A stretch of DNA of 64,000 nucleotides from Lingula anatina. Lineage: Eukaryota > Animalia > Brachiopoda. The position numbers were made by a program, and so were the translations under genes. The first letter of the stretch is position 1. Every line of letters starts with the position of its first letter. The notes below the pieces were generated by a model. The model did no database searches, was not told the DNA's origin, and was given only the letters and a program-made list of their open reading frames with translations. Location of the stretch: the NCBI GenBank assembly GCA_051362555.1, contig CM120640.1, positions 8,866,001 to 8,930,000 on the forward strand. The letters run 5' to 3'. This document shows positions 26,587 to 40,966 of the stretch, piece after piece.

Positions 26587-29039
26587 TTAAATTTCAGTTT
26601 CTGTGTCCTTATTTTTTGTATTTTTAACCCCAAAGTCCTGTATATCTGTTTCTTTTTAAAAAATACTATGAAGAAAACCACCGAAAACAATGGATTACGA
26701 GGTTGGTTTTTAAAAGGGAGACAGCTGATCAGGGGCAGTCCGTTTTAGGATGAGTGTCTAGATGGCAGCTTCACTAAACCTGACGATTTCAAAACATGTA
26801 GTTAACCCATAACCTAAGGTTGCGCAGGCCCTGCACGCAAATCTGTGATTAGCTTGCTCCCGGCGGAGTAATTGGGTGATGATCTTTTTAGATGACAAGT
26901 GACGTCATGTCATGATATAATGGTCGCCCAGCGGTCAATTTAAGTGTTGCTATAAGAGAATGGGGATGAAAAGGCCATGCCTGTCGTATTAATTTTTCTG
27001 ACATAGGAAAATAAATGTTTAAGTATACGCCTATGGATTTTTGTAATTCTCTGTAAATCTTTTGGTCAATTATATAAGCGATCAATTTGGGAAATGAACA
27101 TAATGGAGATTATGACAATTTCCTTCATGAGCTGGATGGTATCATGTTAATGGTCCAAACATGTCCAAGTAATTTAACGCCACAGTCCTTTTTCGGTTTT
27201 TCTTGTGATATATATGCCAATACGACTTGAATGTGAACTGAGTATAAATATATACTAGACGAATAAAATGATTCGTCCAAGAATACATGTACCAGACAAT
27301 CGATTCGCATAAATGGGTATTTAACTAGTAAAATCGGCGTTAAGCGTTAGACATAATTATAAGTATTTGATGATTTCTTCTAAAAATATTTTTGGCTTAT
27401 CTCTTATCAAAATATACTTATAAATGTTATCTTGGAGAGCTATTTATGGCGATATAAGGCAAATGGTGGTCACTGTCGATGAAGATAACCGTTTACCACC
27501 AGTGACTTTGTATTGCTAAACTTTGTACCCGATGTATTTGGGATTCTACTGTTAGTTTGTCTCCACTTCAACTACTACAACGCAAAAAAAACTTTTAAGG
27601 AGATTTGGTGGTTCAAAAGACGCTCTTTACTGATAGACCTAAGGGATGCTCATAAGGAGATTCTTGATGTTGTCATAGTCATAGCTCTTTTCAGTCTGTT
27701 TCTGCTATTTTGTCCGTTGTATGAAATAGCCATTCGGTGCATGTGTTCACAACTATTATTTATCCACAAGCTGGGTTTCCTCTCCTCGTCCGCCTGCCAT
27801 TGGGTGACACAGGGACAGACGCGGCTCTCCCCGGTAATGTCGATTGAACGCCATTGTTTTTTTTCCTTTCAATTTACCATTCTCTCGTAATTTATACGTA
27901 CATAACGTAACGAAATTTCCCCTCCTTTCTTGCTATCATAGATCTTACGTTGTCATGGTATGTTATTAGCATTTTATAAAATATCCTCTTTCGTTTTAAA
28001 ATCATGTTTACATCCGTTCCCGCTTTCTGATTGTGAAAACATAACTGAAAGTTGTGCCAGAACAATGATGAATGGTCAACGTGTTTGCAAACTTGGCCCA
28101 TTCCGGCCCACATAGGGTTCTAGATTCAAATAAGTATATTTTGTGCCTTTACAACTGACTTTATTGCTAATATCCTTTTAATTAATACCATGTTTCCCAG
28201 CTACCGAGAACACCACCTTTCCTTCAGATATGTAGTTGGTCAGCTTTTAGGGACCTTTCTCCAGACCTTTTCACCCTGATATCTTGGGTAAAACCCTTTG
28301 CGTATACGTTTATCTTTTGAGACACCGGCCTTGGTGAAATAAAACAGTATAGCGTGTAAATGATATACTGCGATTTTATTTAATTCCTGTCGTTATTTGT
28401 TTATTTATTATCTGCATTATGGTTGACTAGTGGGGTTTTAGGCTGTTTTATAAGATTCATTTAGCGATCAAGGTGACAGCCTAGCGTGGTTTCTGTTGTG
28501 ACAGTGCAGAATCGAATAAATTCTGGTGGCTTGAGTCATTGCTTCCATTTCCTTCATGTTATGTAACAGCCAATGGTGTCACGCCTGTTGTGCGTCATTG
28601 TAGGAGTTTTCTGCCTGATGGCAATCAGCTTGTACCAAAACCTATACTTATTACTTATATAATGTTGGATGAATGACAGACATTTTTCTTTTGGTGTGTT
28701 TTAAGTGGTTGTGAGGCATATCCGCTGTGGGCATGATTGATCGGTAGCTTACTATATGTTTTTAAAAAAATTCTCTGAATTAGACGAGATCTACGTTGGT
28801 CACGTTTAACTTGATCTCAAAAAGTATAGGAAAAGAGTTTCTTTTGATAGTTGCTATCACATTTATGTAGCAGATGTAGACCTCCACACTGTATCATAAT
28901 CGAGAGAATTACGTTGCAGTAACCGATTACCCAGTAACCTTATTGCGTTATTGTGCTATTTGCGTCATTGTGCTACCTCCGCTGTTGCTCCGTGACTCTA
29001 TAGTGACTACCATTCAACCGACTGTGAGTGTTTCTAAAT

Positions 29040-29760
29040 TAGCCAAGAAACTTTCCCGTATTGCGTTTCAATCTCGCCCGGTTATTCCAATATTGAATTT
29101 ATCTGAAATACCTTAATTGATGTCAGGTTTCAGACAAAATAAAACTGGATATAAGTTTGATATTTTTACCATGCTGCCTTTCCTTTTCCAGGTTATTTCT
29201 TGCTATTTTATCACAATACCAAATTCATCCATGCAAATACCATTATTATCATTATTAACAATTCTATTTTATTTTAGTCATATCGACCATTTTTAGGGGC
29301 TGAGCTTTTATCTAATCTCTTAAAATTATTTTTAACAGCTAAAGTGCTTTGAGAGATTGGTCTCAGTGCGTTTCACGAACGGTTAGATTGCTAAATACTA
29401 TATTAGATTTCATTAGATATGCACATCATCACTTCTGTCTAATGCTTCTTGAAAATCTACAAAATAGCCTTATTAATTATTTAGCATTCTTTTTGCGCTA
29501 ACTGATTTTAATCACGATCAGTGTTGTTATGGCTGTTATTTTAAAACGACACTGTTTAAGACATACTGTACATATTGTTTGACGTTCTACATATATACTG
29601 CTGTCTTAACATACTATCTCTTCTTTAATTTGTTTCATTAGATTTTTAATATCCCTATGTTGTTTGACTATTCTGATTCATCTTTTGTGGATTTTTTAAA
29701 ACTCTTACCCCTAAACCAATTGCTTATTTTATCTTTTCCAAATACGGTCAAATTATGATT
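29040..29760 (-). mobile_element. Highly decayed non-LTR retrotransposon debris
   Basis: Minus-strand peptide scraps FVDFQEALDR (~29435-29465; RT motif FxDFxKAFD) and RISDKFNIGITGR (~29075-29115; resembles RxSxHxLxIETGR). There is no continuous ORF. Confidence 0.3.
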
Positions 29761-29967
29761 TGGTTTTTCGATTACTTTTTTTTTTTTTTTTTTTTTTTTG
29801 CTTATGACTGTCTTTTTCTTCCTTATTGCAGATTCCATTCCTATTAAGTAAAGAGAAAAAAATACCTGGTCTGAATTGCCGTGCGGCTCTCACGCGTAAT
29901 TAGTACCAGATGTGTAGACATTGTTAAATAAATAAGTGCAAGCGAACTAACGAGTATTAAATCTGTA

Positions 29968-29973
<6 letters not shown>

Positions 29974-30046
<73 letters not shown>

Positions 30047-30047
30047 G
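29974..30047. repeat. Compound (CT)n(CA)n microsatellite
   Basis: Direct reading. Confidence 0.9.
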
Positions 30048-30804
30048 TCATTTTGGGGACCTCAAATTGTTCCTCTGGAAAAAAAAGTTGAAAAGAGTTC
30101 TGGATTTCTAAAATTTAGCAATACGCTATTAGTTTTAAATCAAAGGACCGTTTACATTTGAGATGCCCAAAAAAGTATAGACATTTAGTGAAAATTACAC
30201 AAAAGGGAAAGCCTTGGGTAATGAACGGGAGTTTGTATTTTAGTAAAGGGAAAGTGTTTTCTTGAACTGTGAAGCCGTTCTGTTCCCAAGCATAGACCCA
30301 ATCAATGTGAAGGCAGATGAAAAGGCAATGCTGCAGTGGATGCAGGTAGGCCTATATAGGCTATATCTAAATTGTGACATTTCCGTTCTCATATAAACAA
30401 CTCATTTTATTTCATTCCATATTACTGTACTGCATTTGATATAGCATTTTGCTGGTGATTTTGTGGCTGTTTAACAGCAGTGATTGTTGAAGATTGTTGT
30501 TGAACGCGACATCGCTGCGCCATCTAAGCTATAAGCAACAGTGGGAACTACTGATATAGTTGTAGATCAAAATAATCTTTAAAGGTCTACTTTTGTTTAA
30601 ACTAAAACTTATTAAAATTTAAGATAACAAGTCAGTTTGAAAACGACAAATATTTCGGCAAATAGGTGTATTAGGCCTACCCAAGAAATTCTTGGCCTAC
30701 CGCATTCGACTAAAGTCGCAATCACGGAGTCGCATCTGGCACAATTCACAATTCTCTCCGCAGCAAATATTTGTCACAAATCAAATGGCCAATATTCCAG
30801 GCAC

Positions 30805-30891
30805 CAAAATGGCGCTAGTAAAAATAGCGTGAATTAGTGGATTGGAATTTACATATACATTGTTATAATCGTACGTTCGGTTGTGCTTAAG
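30805..30891 (+). promoter_or_regulatory. Putative DMAP1 promoter / non-coding first exon with YY1-type motif
   Basis: CAAAATGGCG at 30805-30814 in a CpG-richer patch, donor AAG|GTAAGA at 30891/30892, and acceptor at 31384-31385 before the DMAP1 ATG. Confidence 0.45.
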
Positions 30892-31402
30892 GTAAGAGTA
30901 AGAGACATTTTACTGATGCAACGCATCACGATACTCCACAAGATATATCGGCTCTCTTTCATATGGCACTGGCACTGCCACTGAAGCACTACATGCATTT
31001 CTCCCACCAGTTCGACTGAATAACTGGTAATGCGAGTCTTTGCTGTTTGGTATCCGTATTTCGATATAGGCTAGCGTGACTACAAAATATATACGGTTAT
31101 TACATGCAGTACTATACTGGTTTGAAACTTGAAAGATATAGTGTTCTAATTAAAAAAGTAAAGTTATAGATATGGTGGTCAGCCAGCAGCATACACTGTA
31201 GATGGGGCTCCGAAGTGTTTTGCTTACACCTCCCCTACTTAAGTCGCACATTGACGAAAAGCCCACCAGTTTTCATGAGATGAGTGGTAAGCAAGCCTAT
31301 TCTAACTATTATTATTATTATGTTGTAGAACTTCACATTAAGTAAAGCAAACTAACAAAGACTTGGAACATTTTTTTAATAACAGGTTTGCATTGGCTAG
31401 TA

Positions 31403-34400
31403 ATGGATGCCTCCAGCAATGATGTCCGTGAAATCATGGACCTGGATGGGTCGGAAAAGAATGAGGCCAGCATGGTGAAAGAGGCTTTAATGGGAGCAGA
31501 CAAAAGGGTAAAACAGCCCCTTAGTCTCTCTGTCAGCAGCAGCTATAATGGATCATGAGCTTAGATATATCAAAGTTGAAATTACCATTACAGTAAACAA
31601 GTTCTTTGCAAAAAATAATATTAATAAATGATAATAACCTTTTAGGTGGATTGGGATAATTTGTGAATACCAGGAGGAATATTGCCACCAGACATAATCT
31701 TATGATAAATTTTAGTTTTTTGTTGTCTTACTTTTGTTTTTAAATAGAAGAAAATTAAGAAACCAGAATCTAGTTTCAAGAAGCCTGATGGGATGCATAG
31801 AGAATTGTGGGGTTTATTATGGACAGACAACAAGTAGGTTTATTACCCAATTATCAAATAAGGAAATAAATATGATATTATTTTCTGCATTGTTTTTGAT
31901 GGGATCTGTGTTATAAAATGGTTAAATAATTGTCAGTTTTATGCAAGTTAAAAAGGCAGAAGCAATTTCTTTTCTTTTCTGTTTGAAATTTTGATTTTGT
32001 ATTTTAAGCACTGATTATATTTTCAGGGATGCCCCTCCAATAATTCCTACAGATACAAACCAGGGCTACAAACAAATGAAAGCCAAGATAGGAAGAAGCA
32101 AAGTGAGGCCTTGGAAGTTCATGCCATTCACAAACCCTGCAAGAAAGGTAAAATCCATCAAATGACTTTTTTGATTATAAAAAATAAGAAGTGTACATTG
32201 AATTAAACTGTAACAATTTGATTAGTATTTATATATTTATAAACATTTTTTATCTAAAAGGATTAAAGTTTTACTCTAACGATGGTATGAAATTGAATGT
32301 ATTTGTTTAGAACAAAGAAAACCATGAATGTCTTTGTGGACATACCTATCTGCCATGTTTATTTTGACCTTATTTATATTGATATATGCTATTATCCCAT
32401 TGTGAACACAACGTATATTTTTTTCATTTTTGCCATCTTGAATTTTTTTGTTGTTCAGCAATCTGGTTTTTTTTGTAGGATGGAGCCATCTTCAACCACT
32501 GGAGAAGAGTTGCAGATGAGGGGAAAGACTATCCCTTTGCCAGGTTTAACAAGGTAATTTGCTGGCTTCTCACCACCTTAATATTTTAATCGGCAAATAA
32601 ATGTCAAACTAAGATATTTTTTGTATATTTGTTTTTATTTTTCATTTATTTCTTTTCTACTTTAAAAGAAGGTTTAGTCAGACACGAGGTTTTTCTATGG
32701 TAACGCAAAATTCTGCATTTTTTAATTCAATTCTGATGGTTCCTGAGATTTGTCAAGATCTGCAATAAAATAGGTGTTGGGTCCCATGATGAATGTTCAG
32801 TTTTTATTTTTATTTTTTTTTTAACCTAGGCTCATGTCTTTACTAATTCTATATTCAATATTGAAGTAAATCTCACATTATATGATATTGTAATTTATTG
32901 TTGAAGCTCATTATAAATAGATCATATTAAAAATTTCTTACTTCTTACTTGTCTGACATTTCCCTGATAAAGAGTGTAGTGTTTGTATATCACAATCTTC
33001 AGACAGTGGACGTTCCAGTGTACACTGATATAGAATATCAGCAACATCTGCACGATGAGAACTGGTCCAGGCAGGAGACTGACCATTTGTTTGACCTGTG
33101 TAAGAGGTTCTCCCTCAGGTTTATTGTCGTCCATGACAGGTGGGACAGGGTGAAGTTTCCCAACAGGAGTGTGGAGGATCTGAAGGAGAGGTTCTATGGA
33201 ATATGGAATACATTGACAAAGGTAGGTGACAGAATGATTGTTAACAAAATTTGATTTATAAAAAGAATAGATTTGTGTAGGGGTTAGCCTAATGACCCTT
33301 TACACTATAACAGTTCTAAACTGAATTTTATTTTAAAAAAATAAACTGGATTACAGTTTTAACTTGGAAACCCCTTGGTGGGTAGCAAATAGTCTGGAAT
33401 AGTTTAACTTGGTGATAATTACCTTGTGAATTAACTGGCCATGAATTACACTTGATAATTCAGGTGAGGGCAGCACATGGCACAGAACCAAGAATCCGTA
33501 TATTTGATGCTGATCATGAAAGGAAGAGAAAAGAGCAACTAATTAAGCTGTTCAACAGGGATCCTGAACAGGTAGGTGTGTGAGCCAGATATGTTGTTAC
33601 ATACTGTTTTTTATTCAGTGCTTGTGTGTAAGATTACATTATGTAATCTCAATCTCAAGTGGATGTAAAAAATCTCAAAGCTAAAAATAAACTTTTAAAA
33701 ATTCTAATATTAAAGTGCTTTGATTGTTTTGTATTCCTTCAGTTAAAGTTTTTGTTAATTTTTGTAAAGTTGTCATAATTCAACTAGCTTTGCTTTTAAG
33801 AAATGTAATAACCCTACATTAGTTTCTCGTGTTGCACTCATAAATAGAGTCTTTTCCACGGTCACGTGACTTCCGCTAAATTATCCGTGGGAACGCGAGA
33901 TTTTGCGGGATTTGAAGTTTCAGGGGGAAAGTGTGGAGTGTACACGACGGACGCCATATCGAGGAATGCTCATTTCAATCTGAATTTTCAAAGTTTCGTA
34001 ACATGTTTACACCTGATTTTTTTCGAAAACATATTCATGGGAGCAGTTGGAATAGAAATTTAGCAGAAGTACTTGATGACTTTTCAATGAAAGAACTAAA
34101 AACGTACCTCATCGACAGCAAAGATAGGACATTCGGTACTTTTGTAGTATACCCCCCCACCCTGTAACTTCCTGAAACTTTCATTTTTCAAACATTTTTT
34201 TTACAGTGTCTTTTGCACCTATGTCAAAGCTGTTGAAATAAAATGTTTTTGTAATTACCTGTGGTCTTTTTTATTAGTTTTAATCACGTTTAATCCACCC
34301 CATTGAAATACAATGTGAAAATTTACAATGTAACCGCAGCTTGCTGCGTTTTCGTTGGCTAACTCTACCTTATTTTATGTGACCATAGGATTGATACATT

Positions 34401-36988
34401 GTATACTTGGATTTCCTCTGTGAAATTATTATGAGCTACTTGTTCACATAAAATTACCTTAGGGTTAGCCAACGAAAATGCGGCAAGTTATTGACTGCGA
34501 GTGTAAATTGAAGATTCTAACTTTGTATTTCAATGGGCTGGATTAAACGTGATTAACACTAATAAAAAGTCCACAGGTAATTACAAAAGCATTTTATTTC
34601 AACAGCTTTGACATGGATAAACAATAAAATGTAAAAAACTGTTTGAAAAGTGAAAGTTACAGAAAGTTACAGGGTGAGGGGGGGTATACTACAAAAGTAC
34701 CGAAGGCCCCTTCTACTCTTTCCCCCTGAGAAACAGTCCCGCACAAAATGGCGCGAACTGCGCATGCTTACGACTTCGTGGAAAAGACTCTATTTTCATT
34801 AATAGCTAATTTGTTATTGTCAACCTTGTAGGTAAAAGAAGAGGAACAGTTACTTCAAGAATTAAAGAAGATAGAATTGAGAAAGAAGGAAAGAGAAAAG
34901 AAAACACAAGACCTACAGAAATTAATCACGGCTGCAGATAGCAATATGGAGAGCAGGAGAATGGAAAGAAAGACAACTAAGAAGAAAGTTCCTCCATCAC
35001 AGAAGTCTAGAGATATAGGGGTGGGTAGAGGATACCTATGTATTGGTCATATTTTGATTTAAAAAGTCCCAATTGATGACTAAACATGTGCAATAGCTGA
35101 ATGTGTCAAAATTTTGTCTATAGAAGTAATCCTTTTTTTATCTTGCAGATTATTTCTGTTTGATCACACAACTCACTAATATTTTGACCACTAGAACTAA
35201 AACTGTTGCAGCTGAATGGAAGCTGCCATAAATATGAACAAGTTCAGTGCACAGGTTGAAATGAAATATTAACTTACTTTAGGCTACCCCAGAAAGCACA
35301 GGCATCAAGTTCCCTGACAGCAAACAATCTGGAGTGTCTCTAAGAAGCCAGAGGGTAAGTTCACAGACTCTCCTCTGTAATTTAAATGGTTAAACAGACA
35401 TGATTTTGTTTAGATTTAAATGGGAAATTTGACTTTTTAAAAAGTTTGTCTAGTTTCTGTGGCCACCTGATTGTATGGCCAAGCCATTTCTTCCTACTTT
35501 TTTCTTTCGGCCCAAAACTATGTCTGGTTAAGTCATCCCGTCTTTATTAGTGGCCTTGTTAAACGACCCAAAAGTGTTTCAGATTTTTCTGGCTATATTA
35601 GAGAGGCAAGTGGTTCCACAAAATTAATTAAAGGTGCTATGTACCATTTATTCAACTTGCCTACAAATGTAGAGCAAAGACATATACTTATTTATTGATT
35701 TATTGTGTAATTTCAGATGAAACTTCCAGCCACTGTTGGACAGAAGAAAACCAAAGCTATTGAACAGGTGTTGGATGAACTTGCAATTGGTAAGTGTCTA
35801 AGTGGGTTTTAAAAGCAGTGATAAATTACATGCTCAAGAAAATTGATTATTGTATGTATGTATGTATGTATGTATGAAGAAGTGCATGTTTGCATACTGA
35901 ATATGTGGTTATAGTATAACATTTAGTGCTTGATAGACTATTTAGTGGATTAAGGATGTGGTTGACAACAGAAATAAAATAAGCTTGTGTGTTTATATTT
36001 TCAGACCTTAATCCCATTCCAACAGAAGAGATTGTACAGCATTTTAATGAACTGCGTCAGGACATTGTATTGTTATATGAGCTAAAACTTGCCCTGGCAA
36101 ACTGTGAATATGAGCTTCAAACTCTAAGACATCGCTATGAGACTTTGGCTCCCGGGAAGGTAAGAGTAATATTAGATTATTTCTCTATTTGATGGGTTTG
36201 ACAAGTGATTCAGCTATATATACTGTGTACTTGACATTAGCCCAGACATTCTTGATTCAAGACCGGTGTGTCATAAACATGTCTAAGATTCTCTTTCCCT
36301 TTATTTCCAGCTGGGGAATTTGTTAATTGAAACTTTTTATCTTCATCTGCTACTTGTTCCTCTATCCTCAAAACCCAGCAATCCTAGCAAGGCTCCTCTT
36401 TTACCAGATTACAGATGTGTTAGTTGAAACTTTTACACAAATGTGTTAGTTGAGGCTGTCATTCAAGTGTGTTAGTTGAGACTGATTCCATTGCTTCTCT
36501 AGGTACTTGATGTGGGGCCCTCTCCTGCCAGCACTCTGAGCACATCAATGGCAGATATAGCCACGGCTGAATCTAAACCAGACTCCCCTTCTAAAGCCAG
36601 GAAAATCTCAGAAACTATAGATGTTGTGGGACCTTCTGGTGCTGTGGGTGGGAGTTTAACTGAGGAATCATTTCATGTAAGTGTTAACTGTTGCCTCCTG
36701 CCTCACCTTTTTAGATCTTATCTTTGTAGGTAAAGAGGCACTTGAAGGTGTATGAAGTGTATCAAGTGCATAAAATTGATGTGATTTATGTGCTCTGGAT
36801 GGAATGTTTCGCTTTAAGTCAGCCCAAGATACGGGGGCAGCTTTCAAAACATGCAATTAAATTTGAAAATTAATACTTTGCCATTGTTTTGCACTAATCT
36901 ATCCTTACTACTCTTTCAGAGAAAAAGAAGACTGGCAGCTATTGAACAAAGCAACATACTGAAGAAAATTACCAAGCAGAAAGTGTGA
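31403..36988 (+). CDS. DMAP1: DNA methyltransferase 1-associated protein 1 (NuA4/SWR1 subunit, SANT domain), ~470 aa
   Basis: join(31403-31507,31748-31833,32027-32147,32479-32553,33003-33221,33464-33571,34832-35020,35283-35354,35717-35789,36005-36159,36503-36643 or 36676,36920-36988). Peptides: KKPDGMHRELWGLL, VRPWKFMPFTNPARKDGAIFNHWRR, DYPFARFNK, WSRQETDHLFDLCKRFSLRFIVVHDRWD...RSVEDLKERFY, FDADHERKRKEQL, RKKEREKKTQDLQKLITAAD, GVSLRSQRMKLP, PTEEIVQHFNELRQDIVLLYELK. Confidence 0.96.
33845..34792. mobile_element. Compound non-autonomous DNA element (ISL2EU/Spy-like outer TIRs with an internal ~580-bp foldback) in DMAP1 intron 6
   Basis: AAATAGAGTCTTTTCCACG (33842-33860) is the exact reverse complement of 34777-34795. 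Inner imperfect inverted arms run ~34126-34365 versus ~34460-34709 (ttcggtacttttgtagtataccccc / ggggtatactacaaaagtaccgaa). Confidence 0.75.
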
Positions 36989-39302
36989 ACAAATCGTAAA
37001 TGTTTTCCAGAAGTGTTCTTGACAAGTGCGTGAGGCGATTGTGATGGCAGAGTTGTAGCGACCCTGGTCTCTGTGTCTGTCTACTGGGTCATACTATCAA
37101 ACTGTGTTGGTATAGCTTTAAATGACAAGGAGAATAGTTGGGTATCCAGTGAACGCCAGTTCGTACCAACTATTACATTGACCAATTATTGCAGTTATCG
37201 GAAGGTTGATAACAAAGTAAAATCAGGGAAGTGAATAATGACTGAGACACTCCATTAAAAAAAGGGTATGGCTTTACTGAAGTCGACATCTAAACTCGTA
37301 TTCCATTTTTGAATGGCAAATCAAAGTGGTTGAATATACTTCAGATTGAGCTTGGTCTTAGTGACTGTAGGTGTGCCATTATCAGGTACCAGACAAGTAC
37401 ATGGGAAATAGTTCTTGGCAATGGACAAATGATACTGAAATTCCTAAAATTAGTCTTTAAGGGCAATTAATTAGCTTTGCAGATAATAATTTCAAGATCT
37501 TTTATTCAATCTTGTGCCCAAAGGGTGAGCATTAGACAGTTTCAATAAATATCAAACATAATAATTCAGGATTTTGTTTCATCTTTTAGTAGAGCATTTG
37601 GCATCATTATTATGCTCAATTTCCCTTTTCTGTATCATATGCCATTTTATTAAAAGTATACTAATACATATATGTCCATATACATTTTACCCAAATAAGT
37701 GAATTTTATTTGTAACCTGGGTAATGTTTGTTTTCGTGTCAAGTCAATATGAAAGTCAACAAAACTCAAAACGCCTGCTACCGTTATCTTTCTGTGGACC
37801 CCTTGTGAATCTTCCTTGATACACATTTGGACCCGTATGTGTGTTGGGCATTGGGTCAGATTAAATTTACTTGTTAACAAAAATCATGTGGCCTTGAAAT
37901 GGAGTTGGAGATCTTTTTAGCGTTCATTTACAGCTGATAGGAATTGACTTTTTACACCATTTATGTTTTAAAACATTTCAAGTGAAAAGACGGGTTTTGT
38001 TAAATTTGCAACAATATATTACACGGGCATCATTACTGATTTTGGTCAAATTAATGCAAAGGGAAGACATCAAATTAAAAGTAATTGACTAATGTTTGCC
38101 CCAGAACGCAATCCATACTCATAGAAATAATTATTTAAAAGTTCGAACACTTAATGGACAGGGTAATTTAAAAATAGTTACAATTGTGCTAATTTTGTCT
38201 TCGACACTATTTTCATATCCAAACGTTTAAAAATATCTTGAACGAAAATAGATATCTTATCGTTCAAACGGTCCCTTTTGATCTCAGGGATTGATAGAAA
38301 CTTTTTTGCTAACACCGAGATCTTCGCTATTTTTAGAGGCACTGCTTGTTAACTGCATGAAGCCATTGCACATACAAAAAGTTTTTCTGCAAAAATTACT
38401 GACCAAAATATAACATTCATGTATTAATCAATTTATTTCTATTGCCCAATATGGTGCTTTGAAGGGGAAGAAAAATACATTGGCGAATATAGAGTTAAGA
38501 TTGGTATTACTTGGAACAATAGCATTGAAAAAAAGAGCAAAAATGAGAGTGATTGGTCAACTGATGGCGACCATGAAAGCCACGAAAGCTTTACCTTTCA
38601 ATGGAGGTGGTAGCTAAATTTCAGTTTCAACGTGAATTTTGTAACACAACTTTTGACTGACGGCCTAAGAGTCAGATTTCTTTTCATGTCACCGTGAGCA
38701 GCTTGTACGCGTGTCACCATATGCCATGTATCTAGCATCTGGCCTATATCAACTGATTATGAAATTATATCCAAGCAAATTCTCATAAACCATGACATCA
38801 GTTTGAAAAACACAATGACTGCATGGAGTTCATTATTATATTACTTCTGGCACGATCCCGGTACCTTTTTTATATTTTTTGTTAGTCACCAAAATATTTT
38901 TAAAACATATTTTTACTTTTTTTAACGGTACCTTATATCTCTTACCTTGATTTTTTAAATTTGCATTTTGTATGTGGCTAAATATGCCGTTCACCGATTA
39001 GCAGAATTTGGGAGATTTTTTTTAAATGGCTTTTTTATTACATAACTTAGGAATATTTTACTCTCAATGCTACAATACGAATATTTTCATTTGCCAAGCT
39101 TCGTTACAATTGAAATAACCGAATGCTATTTTCAAACTTAAAATTGCCTTAGCTCAACTTCTTTCTGACTTAGTAGGTCGTTCCCTCGGTCTCAAAGTAC
39201 CAAAAACGATCCTTTTAATTGTGCATATATTATGTTACACTCTTAATCTTACAGATGAATTTAAAGTATATAAATGGGTACGGTATATTATTTAAAGAAT
39301 AT

Positions 39303-39459
39303 GAGGGACTGATTGAAACCGTCTTCTGGGTCTTCCAGAAAACGGTCAGATTTTAAAGTTTACATTGACGGGTATCTATTTTTTTCTGTTGAAAATGGAG
39401 GATGGATCAACAAAGATAATTTGGATAACTGGCAGAAAATATCTCTGGATCCGCTCCTG
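39303..39459 (+). repeat. Dispersed repeat fragment, copy 2 (MITE end)
   Basis: Homologous to 12711-12881; ends atctctggatccgctcctg. Confidence 0.6.
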
Positions 39460-39641
39460 AATATGACATATTTTGAGTCACCAAAAGGCCGGAGACCAAC
39501 AGTAGCATGATGGTCAATTAAATGGCTACTGTTTCATTTGCTCTCAAAATATAAATTTTTCATGTACTCATTTTGATCGAACCTCCATCCTGTCTTGGTC
39601 TGTGCAAAAAGGGCATGGTTTTTCTTTACATATTTTGTCCA

Positions 39642-39642
<1 letters not shown>

Positions 39643-39697
<55 letters not shown>
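39643..39697. repeat. (TA)n microsatellite
   Basis: Direct reading. Confidence 0.9.
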
Positions 39698-39700
<3 letters not shown>

Positions 39701-40966
39701 TAAAAATCTTATTTTTATACATTAAAATGTCTCTTGTATTCAACTTTCATCCAATTAAATATTAAAATAGACCCAAACTGACATAATACAGATTGCCGGA
39801 AAGCAGTCACATAAAAGGTTTAACATAAAGATAACGCAAAAGACAATACACCAAATTTATTTCTGACCAAAAAAACGTTTCATATTAAAAAGACAACATA
39901 CATTCAAAACTGAAATGAAGTTAACCTCCAAATTCTCTCTCTCTCTCTCTCTCTCTTCCACTTCAGTCAAGATGTCTTTGTCATCTCCACATTGTCAGCA
40001 TAACTTCTTTGACAGATGTTCTTATCTCTGCCTGTGAACAGTCTAGTGTGTATTCGCGATGTTTGCGCCTTCTATTTTGTTCCCGAGATTTAAGAGGCGG
40101 AGAATATTGACTGTTTGGCCAGTGATTATGACGGATGATCCGGCCCGATGTTCTCCAAATTTAGGTCACCAAATAAGGTACTGCAACATAAAAACAAACG
40201 AAAAAATATATAGTAACGCATCACATATTAGAAAAGAGACAATTTCTACGGCTAAAACAGTGGGTTAGTTTTTCAGGCTAATTTTAACAGGACGCTTACA
40301 TGGTGCAACAAAAGTTTCCGCTTTTTAAAAACCGCGCATATTATGAAACATACGGTATTCTTTCATAGTCGGGCAGTACGGTGTGGTTCAATATTTGAAT
40401 GGAGGACAATGACAGCTGAAGATACCCAATAAAGACGTTTACTGATATTCCAACTGGACGCAAAGGAAGGCGGAAACGAGGAGGAACTGCTGTGGTTCGA
40501 ATCCGACAGCAAATGTTTAGAAGTTTCTTTTAAATGTCCAAGAAGCCATATTAAAATCTGAGAGAAATCAAACAAGAAAAGAGAGTTATTTTTGTGGACG
40601 GCTACAGTTAGACACAGTATTCGTCAAACATCTCAAATTATCGCGCAGACGTCAATTCTAAACAAAGTGGCCAACTTTAATCTGGTTGTGATCCGCCAGT
40701 TTACTCCAAAGGTACACACGGTCTACGCCAAATTGAATGTTTAGCCGTCAACACCTGTGGGTTCCTGTTTAGGACACATGAGCATATACGCATATTAGTT
40801 TATGAATGTTTGATACAAATTAGAAATCATTTCAAAGATTCTATTTTACGATCATATTCAACGCATTGTGTTATTTTAATGGTTTTGAAAAATGCGGCTT
40901 GGATTTCACGTAGACGACACGAAGACCTACTAAATTTATTTACTGCGCGAAAAAGAAACGAAAATA

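Noticed and set aside
27300-28900. CpG-richer stretch with 125-aa and 73-aa ORFs, possibly decayed retroelement
   Set aside because: No convincing RT, endonuclease or integrase motif could be read.
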